A DNA stretch of 64,000 bases from Hypanus sabinus (Eukaryota), in NCBI RefSeq assembly GCF_030144855.1, contig NC_082710.1, positions 149,730,001 through 149,794,000 on the forward strand. Direction: 5' to 3'. The first letter of the stretch is position 1, and the number at the start of each line of letters is the position of its first letter. Shown here in pieces: positions 38,251 to 51,300 of the stretch. The notes under the pieces are model-generated. The model saw only the letters and a program-made list of their open reading frames with translations. It was not told where the DNA came from and did no database searches. A program made the position numbers and the translations under genes.

Positions 38251-38736
38251 TTTCTTTTTTAAAATAAATTTATTATTTTTCTACATAGAATACAGAGTTC
38301 AAGAAAAAAGAAATATATCAAATACACTATACTGAATCACACATAGAAACGCCTTACTCTATATTCATACGAATTGATTAATTCATAATATTGAAATATA
38401 GTAAATATATTATATAGAAAAAAATCTAACCCACTTCCAAGAGCGAAGCTGATTAGTAAAGAGGAAAAAAGAAAGAAAGTATATTATTAGCCATCATCTG
38501 TGCTTTAATGGCAAATCAGAGGTTTTGAAAATAGTTTATAAAAGGTCCCCACAATGTTTGAAAGTCTTGATTAGATTCGGGAATTGAACACCGAATCTTC
38601 TCTAAATTTAAACATGACATGACATCACGCAGCCATTGAACCTGAGTGGGCGGGACCGCATCTTTCCATTTAAGCAAGAGCACCCTCCTAGCCATAAGAT
38701 AAATAAAAGCCAAAATCAGATTTCTCCAAAATAATA
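38251..38736 (-). mobile_element. 5'-truncated L1 inserted in the BEL 5' LTR
   Basis: MARRVLLLKWK..WLRDVMSCLNLEKIRC..WGPFINYFQNL, same family as 8082-9150. Confidence 0.85.
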
Positions 38737-39428
38737 TGTCACAAGGTGACGTGGAGACTGGACCCAAATGCAGGACGCAGGCACTGAAGTACTAGGGGTC
38801 GGACAGGAACAACTAAAGGATAGAACAAGATGGGGAGACCGTGGCATGCAAAGGTGATCCTGGGGTTCAGCAAGTCCATGGCGAAGGCAGGAACTTGGCT
38901 AGGCTAAAGGATGGGTCTATGGGACAAGGAATGCTGGGAGGATAGCCCCCCTGGGTGGGCCGCATTACTTCTGGGCAGGGCCCGGCCTCCCAGGCAGGAA
39001 CACAGGGGCCTGGGCAGGTCGCGGGGCACCCGGGCAGGATGCGGGACACAACTGGTCGGGAGCAAGGGGTAGGAAAGTGTCGGAGTCCTCCAGGCAGGCC
39101 GCATAGCTCCTGGGCAGGGCCACCTCCCAGGAAGGAACACGGGGGCCTGGGCAAGAAGTGGAACACCTGGGCAGGTTGCGGGGCACCACCCGTCGGAAGA
39201 GTGGGGTAGGAAAGGGTCAGAGTCCCCCCACCGGGCAACGGCAGTCCAGCCTGCTTACCTGACAGAAGCAAGGATCAGGAGGGAGCTTCGTCCAGGGTGA
39301 CTACAAGAATGGACTTACAGAACTAGATGTTTAACAGTGGGTACTCCAAGCTGGGGTCGAAACAGGATAGCCAGGCGAACATCGCAACAGTACAAACAAG
39401 GCAAGCACATAACAATGAAGTGTTAACA
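38737..39428. mobile_element. Solo-LTR-like insert with an internal ~138-bp imperfect tandem repeat
   Basis: Starts TGTCACA, ends TGTTAACA; ctcccagg(c/a)aggaacac recurs at about 38987 and 39125; no TSD seen. Confidence 0.5.
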
Positions 39429-42400
39429 ACAGCTAACTTCACTTATTTGGTTTGTTCTGCTTATTTCTCTATCACTATGCTAGTTTTGTTAGTTTTTTTT
39501 ATCACTATATAGATCATACTTTGCTGGTTTTGTAATAAAGGATCAAACATACATTTTTCAACTTGGAACTCAATTATTTGGAAGCATATCACACAGTGTC
39601 GAATCCCTCACTCAGTCTCTCAGCGGTTTTGGCTAGTTTTTCAAGTAACTACTTCATTTTGTCAACAAAAAATAATAGTTATACCAAATGAACACCACTC
39701 GATAGTGAAGGATTGCCTCAGACCTGTTGGTGAAACCGGAGCATCTTGTGGTAGGATTATCTGTGACCTTTTGTTGATTCATACTGTGTTCAAACATTCA
39801 TAAAGTCTTTTGAAACCAGTGTTGAAGGAACGACTGACAGCCAAAGTGACTGCCTCTATTTCCTTGACCAGTATATTAGGGGTTGCCCTACAGAACTTGT
39901 CAGAAGTTACCAGCATGACACTCGTAAGAAAGGATATGTTAAGGCTAAGGTTTTATTGTAGGGACATTTGGTAATGAACAAAACTGCATCTGCCTACATG
40001 CAAAAGGCTTTTTCTTTGGTACCTATCAAATCTGAAAACATGAAGGCTCTTCAAGACTACAGTCTTTTTCTTAAGAGGCTGTTGCAAAGCTATGGAAGAA
40101 GTGCAGTGCATGAGTTGGATGGACATGCCTGCCAAAATGTCGACAGTTATAAATAAATTGCCCTATATGTTGGCGATAAATGGAGAACAGTGATCTGGAA
40201 ACTGCAAGAAAGGCACAACCATAAGGCTCCTTTCACTGACATTGTTGATTTTTTTGAAAGGAAAGTAAAGATAATAACAGACCTGGTATGTGAGAATATA
40301 CAGATGCTCCATCACCTACAGTAAGTAAAGGCGTGAACTAGAAAAAGTCACAATTTTGTTTTAAGACTAAAGGAAGTAGTTTTGCCATGACTGTGGCTAC
40401 TGTGAGAAGTAAATCTAAAACTGAACCTGGAACTAATGGAAGGGAAATGGTTTCATCAGTCTAAGCAGGCCATCTGTTTTGTGAGGTTGAACCTGCATTG
40501 GATTTCTGCCCTCATGGAGAAAAAGGTTCATTGTGAGAAGATTGCCTTCATAAAGGAAAATGATGTCTGATTTGCAACACACATAGAGTGCTGGAGGAAC
40601 TCAGCAGGCCAGGTAGCATCTATGGAAAAGAGTACAGTCAACATTTCAGGCTGAGACCCTTCAACAGGAGTGTGCTTTGTCTGCCTGTGTACGGGACACA
40701 TCAGCAAGGGTTGCAGGAAGCATAGTTCATACAAGGTATGCAGTGGCAAGCATCCTAGAATACTTCATATTCACTCTGATGAAAAGGGTTTAGAACCCAA
40801 ACAAGCTGTGAAAGAATCAGACACAACAGTGAGTAGTGCCCTGGTATCTAATGGCTTTACAGGGGCTGACGATCATGATCGTAAACTTCCCATAATTCCA
40901 GTACAAGTGAAGTCTAAAAAGGGGAATGAGACAATGGTTACTTATGCTTTCCTAGATCAAGGCAGTACAATAGTTTTTTCTACAGTGGGCCTGATGACCA
41001 TGCTCAACATACACAGGAACAAGGACATGCATTCTCTTACACACCATGGGTCAAGAGAAGGTAATGAGTAGCTACATTGTTTCAGGATTAGAAGTGGCTG
41101 GCTTAGATGGTGAAAACTATTGTGAGCTACCTAACATCTGGAACAACTGGAAACTATACATGTCCACAGAGGAGAAACTCCACGTAGGAGGGATCTCCAG
41201 GGATAGTCTCACCTGAAACATCTCCATTTGCCAGAGAGAGATTCAGAAATTGAGCTGCAGATAGGGACAAATGTGCCTAAAGCATTGGAGCTGTTGCAAA
41301 TGATTCACAGTGTTAATAATGGACCTAATGCAATTAGAACAATGTTGGGTTGGACTGTGAATGGAGATGATGGTGATGGGAAAGACTGTGGACAGCCTAA
41401 GCTGACAGTTAACAGGATCTCAGTTTTGAACTTGGAAGAGGTTTGGCAATGGCAGTTCAAGGCATTCTAACTGAATGCAGTTAGAAGGAACAACTTGGTT
41501 TGTCAAGAGAAGGTCACAAGTTCATGGAGCAAGTTGCAAAACTGGTGGATGGCCACTACCAGAAAAAAGATTAACATGCCAAATAAGAAGAAGATTGCAG
41601 AACAGTGTGCTCTAAATCTCAGAGGTTTAGGAAGGATTTGTCATTTCTCACTGACTACACAGATTTCATGAAGGATGTAATCTCCAGAGATTATGCCAAA
41701 GGAGTCTCAGCAGAGGATCTGGAATACAGTGATGTTAAAGTCTGGGATATTCTACATCATGGTGTTTACCACCCCAGAAAAGGAAAACTTCATGTTGTGT
41801 TTAGCAGTCGAATAACTTTTCAGGGAATGCCACTTAATGCTCAGATTTTACAGGGACAAATTCTTACTAACTCACTGATTGAGGTCATGGCCATATTCAG
41901 AAAGTAACCAGTGGTGATCATGACAGATATTGGATCAGTGTTTCACCAGCAGAAGATGCAGCTCTGCTGAGGTTTCTCTGGTTTCTTTGGTGGCCGGATG
42001 GAGACATCAGGCAAGATATGGTGTACTTTAGAATTTTGGTACATCTCTTCGGAATGACTTCACCTCTGAGCTGTGCCAACTTTGCCCTTAGGAAATGTAC
42101 AAAAGACAATGCAGAACAGTTCAGCTGTGAGACAATGGGTAAGGTTTTGCATTGCTTCTACGTTGATGACTGCCTTGTGTCAGTGTCCTTTTAGGAAGAG
42201 ATTTCTCTATCATGACCTGGTATCCATTTGTGCTAAAGGTAGCTTCCAACACACAAAGTAGATAAGCAACAGATATACTGTGCTAGCTGTTATATCAGAA
42301 GAGAAAAGAGTGAAAGACATGAAGGATTTGGATTTGGATCAATATATACCTTCAGTGGAGAGAGTACTGGGTGTACAATGATGAATTTAGTCTGATACTT

Positions 42401-45400
42401 TCAAGTTTAAGATCATGATCCAAGATAGACCACTCACTAGAAGGCAGATCCTCTCCACAGTTAGTTCCATCTATGATCTTTTAGGAATCTTGAGTCTGGT
42501 GGTGCTATCTGCTATGAAGATCCTGTAAGATCTACAAAAGAAAGAACTTGTCTGGGATCAGTTGCTCACAAGTGGACAAGCTGGCTGGAAGAACTCTGAT
42601 GGTTGGAAGATTTCAAGGTTGTTAAATATATGAAGCCCCTAGATTTTAGTGAAGTTATTGCTGCAGTTACCTCACTCTACATACACAAGTGAAGATGGCA
42701 ATGGAGTAGAGACCTACCTATTGTTACACAACGTTCACTCTTAGGTGCAAAATGCCTTGTTCATTGGAAAATCTAGGATGGCTCCACTGAAGTCAGTTTT
42801 CATCCTCCAGAAGGAGCTCACTGCTGTTACAATGGCAAGCTGTATGGACACATTGTGGAGGAGGGAGTTGCAAATGCAGCTTCATGACTCAGTTTTTGGA
42901 CTGATAGTACTTGTGTACTGAAGAATATCAAGAATGAAACTTTCAAGTATTGAATCTTCATTAAAAACAGAAATTTTTAAGGTTTCACAGGCATGTAAAT
43001 GGAGGTATGTAAAAACTAAGCAACTCAGTTGATGTGGTCTCTAGTGGGTTGAAGGTGAAAGCATTTCTGAAGAATAAAACATGGGTGTCAGGGCCTCAAT
43101 ATCATCTTCTGCTTGAAATCCCAATTGTTCTGGAGAACTCCTACAACATGATCCGGAAGTCAAGAGTACTGTTACAATCAACACTGTTCAGATTGGAGAG
43201 GAGGTGGACCCAATAACATATCACTTCTCATCTAGGGCCCATTTGAGGAAGACAGTGGCCTAAATTTTGAATTTAAGAACTTGCTCTTGTTTTTAGTTGG
43301 AAGAGGAAGCAATTGAACATTGCTTTTGCTCAGTTTGACTTGGATGAGTATAACAATGATATTCTTTGGAGAGAAAGATTGAGAAGGCCAATGGTCAGAT
43401 TGGCCGAGATTGTCTCTTAATGGAGGAGCTCAGAAAAGCTGAAATAGTGATCATTTGGATTTGCCAAAGGAAGAGATTTGCTGATGAATTCTCAAGTCGG
43501 CAAAGAGGAGAAAGAGCAAAAATGAACAGCCATATTTTCAAGCTTAATCCAGTACTTAAAGGTGGCACCTTGGTTGACAGCTTAGTAGGATAGCCATGAC
43601 TGAAGAGTCTGAACATGTTGTTATAATGGCAAAGGATCTTTACGTCTCAGACATCATTCTGAGGCATGTACATCAAGAGGTGGGACATGCTGGTCATAAC
43701 CACATTTTGTCCAGGTTGCACCAAAGATACATTGTTCCTGGCACTAGTACAGCTATAAAAAGAATCCTGTTTAAGTTTGTTGTCTGTTGATGGATGTGCT
43801 CCAGGATGCCAGCAGATGGCAGATCTACCTCTGGACGGACTCTCTCCTGACAGTCCTCTATTTACATGTGTAGGTGTGGACTACTTTGGAAATTTTGAGG
43901 TGAAGAGCAGAAGTACAGGGAAGAGGTATGGGGTCATATTTACCTGTCTAGCTATACGAGGCGTTCACATTGAAATGGCATCTTTTTTAGACACAGACTA
44001 CTTTGTTCATGCACTTCAATGCAAGACAAGGACAGGCTTATGAACTGTGCTGTGATAATGGAACAAACTTTGTTGGTGCTGAATGTAAATTGAAAGAAGC
44101 CATTGAGAAGTGGAACCATTCACATATCAGTGTTGTCCTTTTACAGAAAGTAATTAAGTGGATTTTTAAACTTCCAGCTGAATTACATCATGGAGGAACA
44201 TGGGAGAAGTTGGTCAGGTCTATGCAAAAGGTCCTCAATTCCACCATGCAAGTATGGAATCTTTTCAAAGAGGGTTTCTGCACAGTTCTTTATGAAGCCG
44301 AGGCTATAATCAATGGTCATCCGATTACTAAGGAATCCTCTGATCCCAATGATTTGGAAGCATTAACACTCAACCATGTGTTGCTTCTGAAGACCTCACC
44401 AGACTTACCACCAGGAGAGTTCCAAAAGGAACTTATCGTAGATGGAAGCATGTCAATAGGTGTCAAACTGGTTTTGGAAACAGTGGGTCAAGAGTACTTA
44501 ACACAGTTCCAGGAACATCAAAAGTGTTCAGGTATAAAGCACAATTTCTTCCCAAGAGACATTGTGCTTATAGTTGATGACACAGTGTCTTGCAACTTAT
44601 GGATCTTGGGAAGAGTCATTCAAGTCTTTCCAGACAGAAGATGATATGTGCACCAGCTGTCGGGACAGGTCTATAACCAAGATCTGTCTTCCACAGGAGG
44701 CAGAGGTTTGATGAAATACAGCTCTAGAAAATTACCTTCAAGTTATTCGACTTCATGACTTTGACTTGACAGAAAGTGGTGGTGAAGATCACTCTTACAG
44801 GGCTAACTGCTGGTAACCTCTGGCCTTTATGATAGTTACACGACTAGGCTTGAAGAAGAAAGAGGATATTTGCATAAAGTTAAGATGTTATCCTTGAAGA
44901 ATTTGTCTCCTATTTTTGTAGCATATAGTTGTAATTATCATAGTGTAGTAAATAGGAGCTGGGATGTAGGAGCCATGTATCTATTTTCTGTCTGTCTGTA
45001 TTGTATTTTGTGTTGCGTGGTTTTATTATGGGTTATGGCGATTTGGCATGCAGTTGGGGCATGGTGGAAGCAAATAAGTATAGTCACATATTCACACTTT
45101 GTGTATTTAGTTTAAATTAGAGAGAGAATTGGAAGGATATGGATTTATTTTGTTGATTGCTAACTTTGCTTATTTTGCTATCGCTATGCTAATTTTGGTA
45201 GTTTTTTAATCTCAATATTAGATCGTTCATTTTTGCTAGTTTTCTAATAAGGGATCAAATGTACTTTTTTCCACTTGGAACTCAGTTATTTGGAAGTATG
45301 TCATACAGTGTTGATTCCCTCATTCAGTCTCTCAGTTTTGGTATGTTTTCAAGTAATCACTACATCTCCCACTGGCTATCAACTGCTACAAGGCAAAGGT

Positions 45401-45874
45401 GTGGACAAGGTGAAGCTTTCACAAAGAAATCTGTAGATGTTGGAAATTCAAGCAACACACACACAAAATGCCAGTGGAACGCAGCAGGCCAGGCAGCACC
45501 TATAGGGAAAAGTGCTGTCAACATTTAGGGCCGAGACCCTTCGTCAGGTGAAGCTTTGCCGCTTCTCACATTCAATGGTGGATGGAGACTGTGCTCCAGA
45601 GGACTGCTGAGTGGGGGGACCAGCAAGAAGAGCTGTTCAAGGGGATGGGACCCTGGCAATGCAAAGATGTAGAAAAGGCATGTAATAAAGGGCAATGTTA
45701 CAAAAGGCTTGAGGGATTTCAATATGCAGATAGACTGAGAAAATCAGATTATTGCTGGTTCCCAAGAGAGTAGATTTATAGAATGGCTATGAGATGGCTT
45801 TTTAGAGCAGCCTGTGGTTGAGCTTACAAGGGAAAAGGCAGTTCTGGATTAGATGTTGTATAATGAACCAGATT

Positions 45875-47100
45875 TTATTATTATTATTATTATTATTATT
45901 ATGACTTTATTGTCACAAAACAATTGATACTAGAGCATACAATCATCACAGTGATATTTGATTCTGCGCTTCGTGCTCCCTGGAGTACAAATCGATAGTA
46001 AATATAATAAAAATTTAAATTATAAGTCATAAATAGAAAATAGAAACTGGAAAGTAAGGTAGTGCAAAAAAAACCGAGAGACAGGTCCGGATATTTGGAA
46101 GGTACGGCCCAGATCCGGGTCAAGATCCGTTCAGCAGTTGGAAAGAAGCTGTTCCCAAATCTGGCCAGTTGTGTCTTCAAGCTCCTGAACCTTCTCCCGG
46201 AGGGAAGGTGAGTCGTGTCCTTGATTATTCTGGCAACACTGCTCCAACAGCGTGCGGTGTAAAGTGAGTCCAATGATGGAAGATTGGTTTGTGTGATGTG
46301 CTGGGCTATGTTCACGATCTTCTGCAGCTTCTTCCAGTCTTGGACAGGACAGCTTCCATACCAGGTTGTGATGCACCCTAGAAGAATGCTTTCTATGGTG
46401 CACCTATAAAAATTAGTGAGGATTTTAGGGGACAGGCCAAATTTCTTCAGCTTTCTCAGAAAGTACAGGTGGTGGTGGGCCTTCTTGGCAGTGGACTCTG
46501 CTTGGTTAGACCAAGTCAGGTAATTTGTGATATTCACCCCAAGGAACTTAAAGCTTTTGACCTGTTCCACCTGCGCACCACCGATGTAGATGGGGTCATG
46601 TGGTCCTCTACTCTTTCTGAAGTCAAAACCAATTCCTTCATCTTGCTGACGTTGAGGAATAGGTTATTGTCTTCGCACCATGCCACCAGGTTCTTAATTT
46701 CCTCTCTGTACTCAGACTCATCATTACCCAAGATACAGCCTACAATTGTGGTGTCATCAGCAAACTTATATATTGAGTTCGATGGAAACTTGGCTACACA
46801 ATCATGGGTGTACAGTGAGTACAGCAGGGGGCTGAGTACACAGCCTTATGGGGCACCGGTGCTCAGAGTGATTGTAGAGGAGAGCTTGTCCCCTATTTTT
46901 ACAGCCTGGGTCCTGTCTGTGAGGAAGTTGAAGATCCAGCTGCAGATCTGAGTGCTAAGACCCAGGGTCCAGAGCTTAGGAATCAGTTTATTTGGAATGA
47001 TGGTATTAAAGGCAGAGCTGTAGTTGATGAAAAGGAGCCTTACATATGCGTCTTTATTCTCCAGGTGTTCTAAGGAGGCGTTCTATGTAGTGCCAGAGAG
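45875..47100 (-). mobile_element. Rex1/Babar LINE RT and 3' end with (TTA)n tail
   Basis: KFADDTTIVG, SYREEIKNLVAWCEDNNL, KSFKFLGVNIT; microsatellite 45875-45902. Confidence 0.9.
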
Positions 47101-48319
47101 ATGGCACCTTCCGATTTCATTAGGGAATTTGAAGTAAAGGAACACTTTGGAGGCAGTGATCTGAAGTTTGAGAGAGAGAGGCCTTAATCAGATATATCAG
47201 TATTACACTGGAGTAAAGGGGCACAAGGGAGGAGCTGGACAAAGTCAATTGAAAAGAGACACCAGCAGGGATCAAATTCACAAATCAAAGGTGCAAAGGA
47301 ATTTCTTAGAGGTTAACTTGCAGGTTGATTCGCTAATAAGGAAAGGAAATTAACTGGTAGCATTCATTTCAAAAGAACTAGAATATGAAGTTGTGTATAT
47401 AATGCTGAGGCTTTGGTCAGACTGCAGTTTAGGATCTAAAAAGGAGATATGTTATCATTGGAGAGGCTCAAGAGGAGACTTGCAAGAATTACCTCAAAAA
47501 TGAGAAGGTTAATATATGATGAGCAGGGGCTACGTGGGGAAGGTGGGTTCTTCTCTTACTGGAGAGCGAGAGCAGAGTAGGTGGAGGAAGCCCCTCAATT
47601 ATTGTAGTAGTTTGAATACCCCCCTCCCAGTGCTGTTAATATGTATGAATTTAATGTAACAGTATGGGAAGCAATGATCATGTATGTAAAGAATGAAAAG
47701 GAATTGAATGGTTTATTCCTGTAAATAGTTTTTTTGTTTTGATTAAAGTTTATTTTGTTTATACAAAAAAGTGCTGCTGGGCCTGGTGCAGTGTTTCCAT
47801 TACTATATTGGAGCCTTTGAGAAGGGGGTTGGGAAATAGCAAGAGGAATAAACCAAGTCCCCAATATGAAACATTTCACACTTAACTGAATTAAACTCTG
47901 TCAATTCTTTGCCCGTATCTGTAACTGATCTATAACTCACTGTATTTGTTGATAACCCTTTACACTGTCCACAACTCCACCAACCTTGGTATCACTTAAT
48001 CTACCCATCTACATTTCCATCCAAATGATAGATGTAACATCACAAATAACAGAGGTCCCAGCACCAGTTCTTTACACTTGTATGAGTTACAGGCCGTCTA
48101 ATGTCATCCCCAGTACATGAATGTAAAAAATGGTTGTTACTCTGAATCCAATGCAGCATTATAAAAACAGAAAAAGCATAGAAATCATAATAAATATAAA
48201 GGTAAGCCTATAAAGCAAAATTCACAAGTAAATTGAGTGTGGTTGTATATGCATAAGATTAGTTTATATACATATACTAATTATATGCATATAAACTGAC
48301 AATAGGTACAGGAATAGGT

Positions 48320-51300
48320 CATCCTCCCCCACCGCCGCTCCACAATCCCATGTCTCACAGGTCCAACTGCCAGTTCCTGGGTCTACACAGCCTCCACCTT
48401 CCTCTCACCCCACCATCCCTGAACACCCCAAACCTCCCTTCTCCTCAGACACCACCAACCCTGTGGTAAACCATGTATATCTGTCTGGACACGCCCCTCT
48501 GCTGACTGCTTCTGTGGCTCCTCCCTGGATAAAGGTGTCACCGTGGAGTGTTCAGAGTAGGGGTCTGGTGCTCCTGCGGGCGACAGGTCACGGATGGAGA
48601 CCGTGTCCTCCTGCCCATCAGGTAAGACCACATAGGCATACTGGGGGTTCGCATGAAGTAGGGGAACCCTCTCGACCATCGGGGAGTATTTATTGCTCCT
48701 CGCATGTTTCCGGAGCAGCACTGGCCCTGGGGACGTCAGCCAAGTCGGTGGGGTGGTTCTAGTGGTTGACTTCCTGGGAAAAGAAAAGAGTCGCTCATGA
48801 GGGGTGGCATTGGTGGACGTGCATAACAAGGGCGGATGGATTGGAGTGCCTCAGGGAGGACCTCCTGCCAACGAGAGACCGGCAATCCCTTTGACCTAAG
48901 AGCTAAGAGTGTGGCCTTCCACACCGTGGTATTCTCCCTCTCCACCTGTCCATTCCCCCGGGAATTATAGCTCGTGGTCCTACTAGTGGCAATACCCCTA
49001 GCCAGCAGGTTTTGGCGCAGCTTGTCACTCATAAACGAGGACCCTCTATCACTGTGGATATAGCATGGGTATCCGAACAGAGTGAAGAACTGGCGCAGGG
49101 CCTTTATGATTGATGTGGCAGTGGTATCGGGGCAGGGGATGGCGAAGGGGAACCGCGAGTACTCGTCGATGATGTTAAGAAAGTACACATTGCGGTAGGT
49201 GGAGTGAAGGGGGACCTTAAAGTCGACACTCAGTCGCTCAAAGGGGCGGGTGGCCTTGATAAGTTGTGCCTTTTCAGGACGGTAGAAGTGCGGTTTGCAC
49301 TCAGCACAGCGCTACTGGTCATCGTCCTGATCTCCTCAAGGGAGTACGGCAGGTTCCAGGCCACACGAAATGGAAAAGCCAGGTGACCCCCAGGTGGCAA
49401 AGATCTGCATGGAGGGCGTATAGCTGGTCGATCTGCGCGCTGGCACACGTTCCCCGGGATAGGGCATCGGAGGGCTCTTTGAGCTTCCCAGGCCTGTACA
49501 TGATGTCATAGTTGTAGGTGGAGAGTTCGATTCTCCACCTCAAAATTTTATCATTTTTGATTTTGCCTCGCTGTTGGTTGCTAAACATGAACGTGGCTGA
49601 GCGCTGGTCGGTCAGCAAGGTGAACCTTTTGCCGGTGAGATAGTGCCTCCAGTGCCTAATAGCTTCACTATGGCCTGGGCTTCTTTCTCCACCGCGGAGT
49701 GCCGAATTTCAGGGCCTTGAAGGGTACGAGAGAAGAATGCTACCGGCCTTCCTGCCTGATTGAGGGTAGCAGCCAGCGTGAAATCGGAGGCGTCACTCTC
49801 TACTTGGAAGGGAATGGTCTTGTCCACCACCTGCATTGCTGCTTTGGCAATGTCCCCTTTAATGCGGCTGAAGGCCACGCGGGCCTTGGTTGAGAGGGGA
49901 AATGTGGTGAACTTGACCGGGGACGGGCCTTGTCTGTGTAGTGAGGGACCCATTGGGCGTAATAGGAAAAGAAGCCCAGGCACCGTCTGAGGGCTCTGAG
50001 GGTGGTGGGAAGAGGGAGTTCCAACAGGGAGTGCATACGGTCAGGGACAGGGCCAATGACTCCGTTCTCTATAACACACCCAAGGATAGCAAGTCGGGTG
50101 GTTCCAAACACACACTTTTCTCTGTTATAGGTAAGGTTAAAAGCTTTGGCTGCTTGGAAAAAACTTTGGAGGTTGTTGTCATGATCCTGCCGGTCGTGAC
50201 CGCAGATGGTGATGTTATCCAGATATGGGAACATGGCCTTCAGTTAGCACTGGTTCACCATCCGGTCCATTTCCCTCTGGAAGACAGAGACAACATTCGT
50301 GACACCGAAGGGGACGCGCAAGAAGTGATAGAGCCTGCCGCCCGCCTCGAAGGTGGTGTAGGGGCGGTCCTCCGTGCGGATGGGGAGCTGATGATAAGCG
50401 GATTTCAGTTCTATGGTTGAGTACACCTTGTACTGAGCAATCTGGTTGACCATATCCGCAATGTGGGGTAGGGGGTACGCGTCAAGCTGCGTGAACCTAT
50501 TGATGGTCTGGCTAGAGTCCACGACCATCCTATTTTTCTCCCCGTTCCGAACAACGACCACCTGGGCCCTCCAAGGACTTGTGCTTGCCCCAATGATCCC
50601 TTCCCTGAGCAGCCGCTGCACCTCCGACTTAATGAAGGCCCTGTCCCCCGCACTGTACCTCCTGCTTTTAGTTGCCACGGGTTTACAGTCGGGGGTCAGG
50701 TTGGCGAATAGCAGTGGGGGAGGGCCCTTGAGGGTGGAGAGTCCGCAAGTGGTGTCCGTAGTGCGGCTGTTGGCATATTGTTGGGTGGGATGTGTGGGTC
50801 GTTGTGTGTGTGTGGTCAGTAGCGGGGTATGTGACGAATTCCAACAGAACTAAGGATTTCTGACAGTGATTGGTGGGAGGAGCCCGTCATACTCCATTGT
50901 CACGCTTTTCAGGTGGCTCTGGAAGTCGAGCCCCAATAGCACAGGGGCACACAGTTGAGGCATGACCAGTAATGTAAAGTCTCGATATTCTGTGCCCTGC
51001 ACCACTAGTGTCGCTACACTACCCCCCACCCCCCAGATGTCTGTTGTATGGCTTACCGGCCGTGTCACTAGTCCGCAATGTTGCACCGTGACCAGGTGGA
51101 TAAAACTCTCTGTGCTGCCCGTGCCAAACAGGCAGCTTGTCCTGTGCCCCTTCACCAGGATGTCCATCATTGACCTTGCGAGCTGGTGTGGAGCGCTTTG
51201 GTCGAGGGTCATGGAGGCCAGAGTTGAATCGCTGTCTTGGTCCTGCGCGGTGGAGTGCCCGGTAAGTACCCGTGGGTCATAGGTGGTGCGAGGTGGCGCC

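Larger units (their letters stand above)
38052..45364 (+). mobile_element. BEL/Pao LTR retrotransposon, degenerate, in MHC IIA intron 4
   Basis: 3' LTR 44965-45364 (TG..CA, PPT-like aaataggagctggga upstream). 5' LTR 38052-~38249 plus ~39429-39656, interrupted. Gag CxxC..H..C..C..H, protease FLDQGST, RT HHGVYHPRKGKL and FYVDD-like, integrase [32 protein letters not shown]. No clean TSD found. Confidence 0.92.

Noticed and set aside
38867-39271. Pro/Gly-rich ORFs on both strands
   Set aside because: They lie in the GC-rich tandem repeat of the solo-LTR-like insert.
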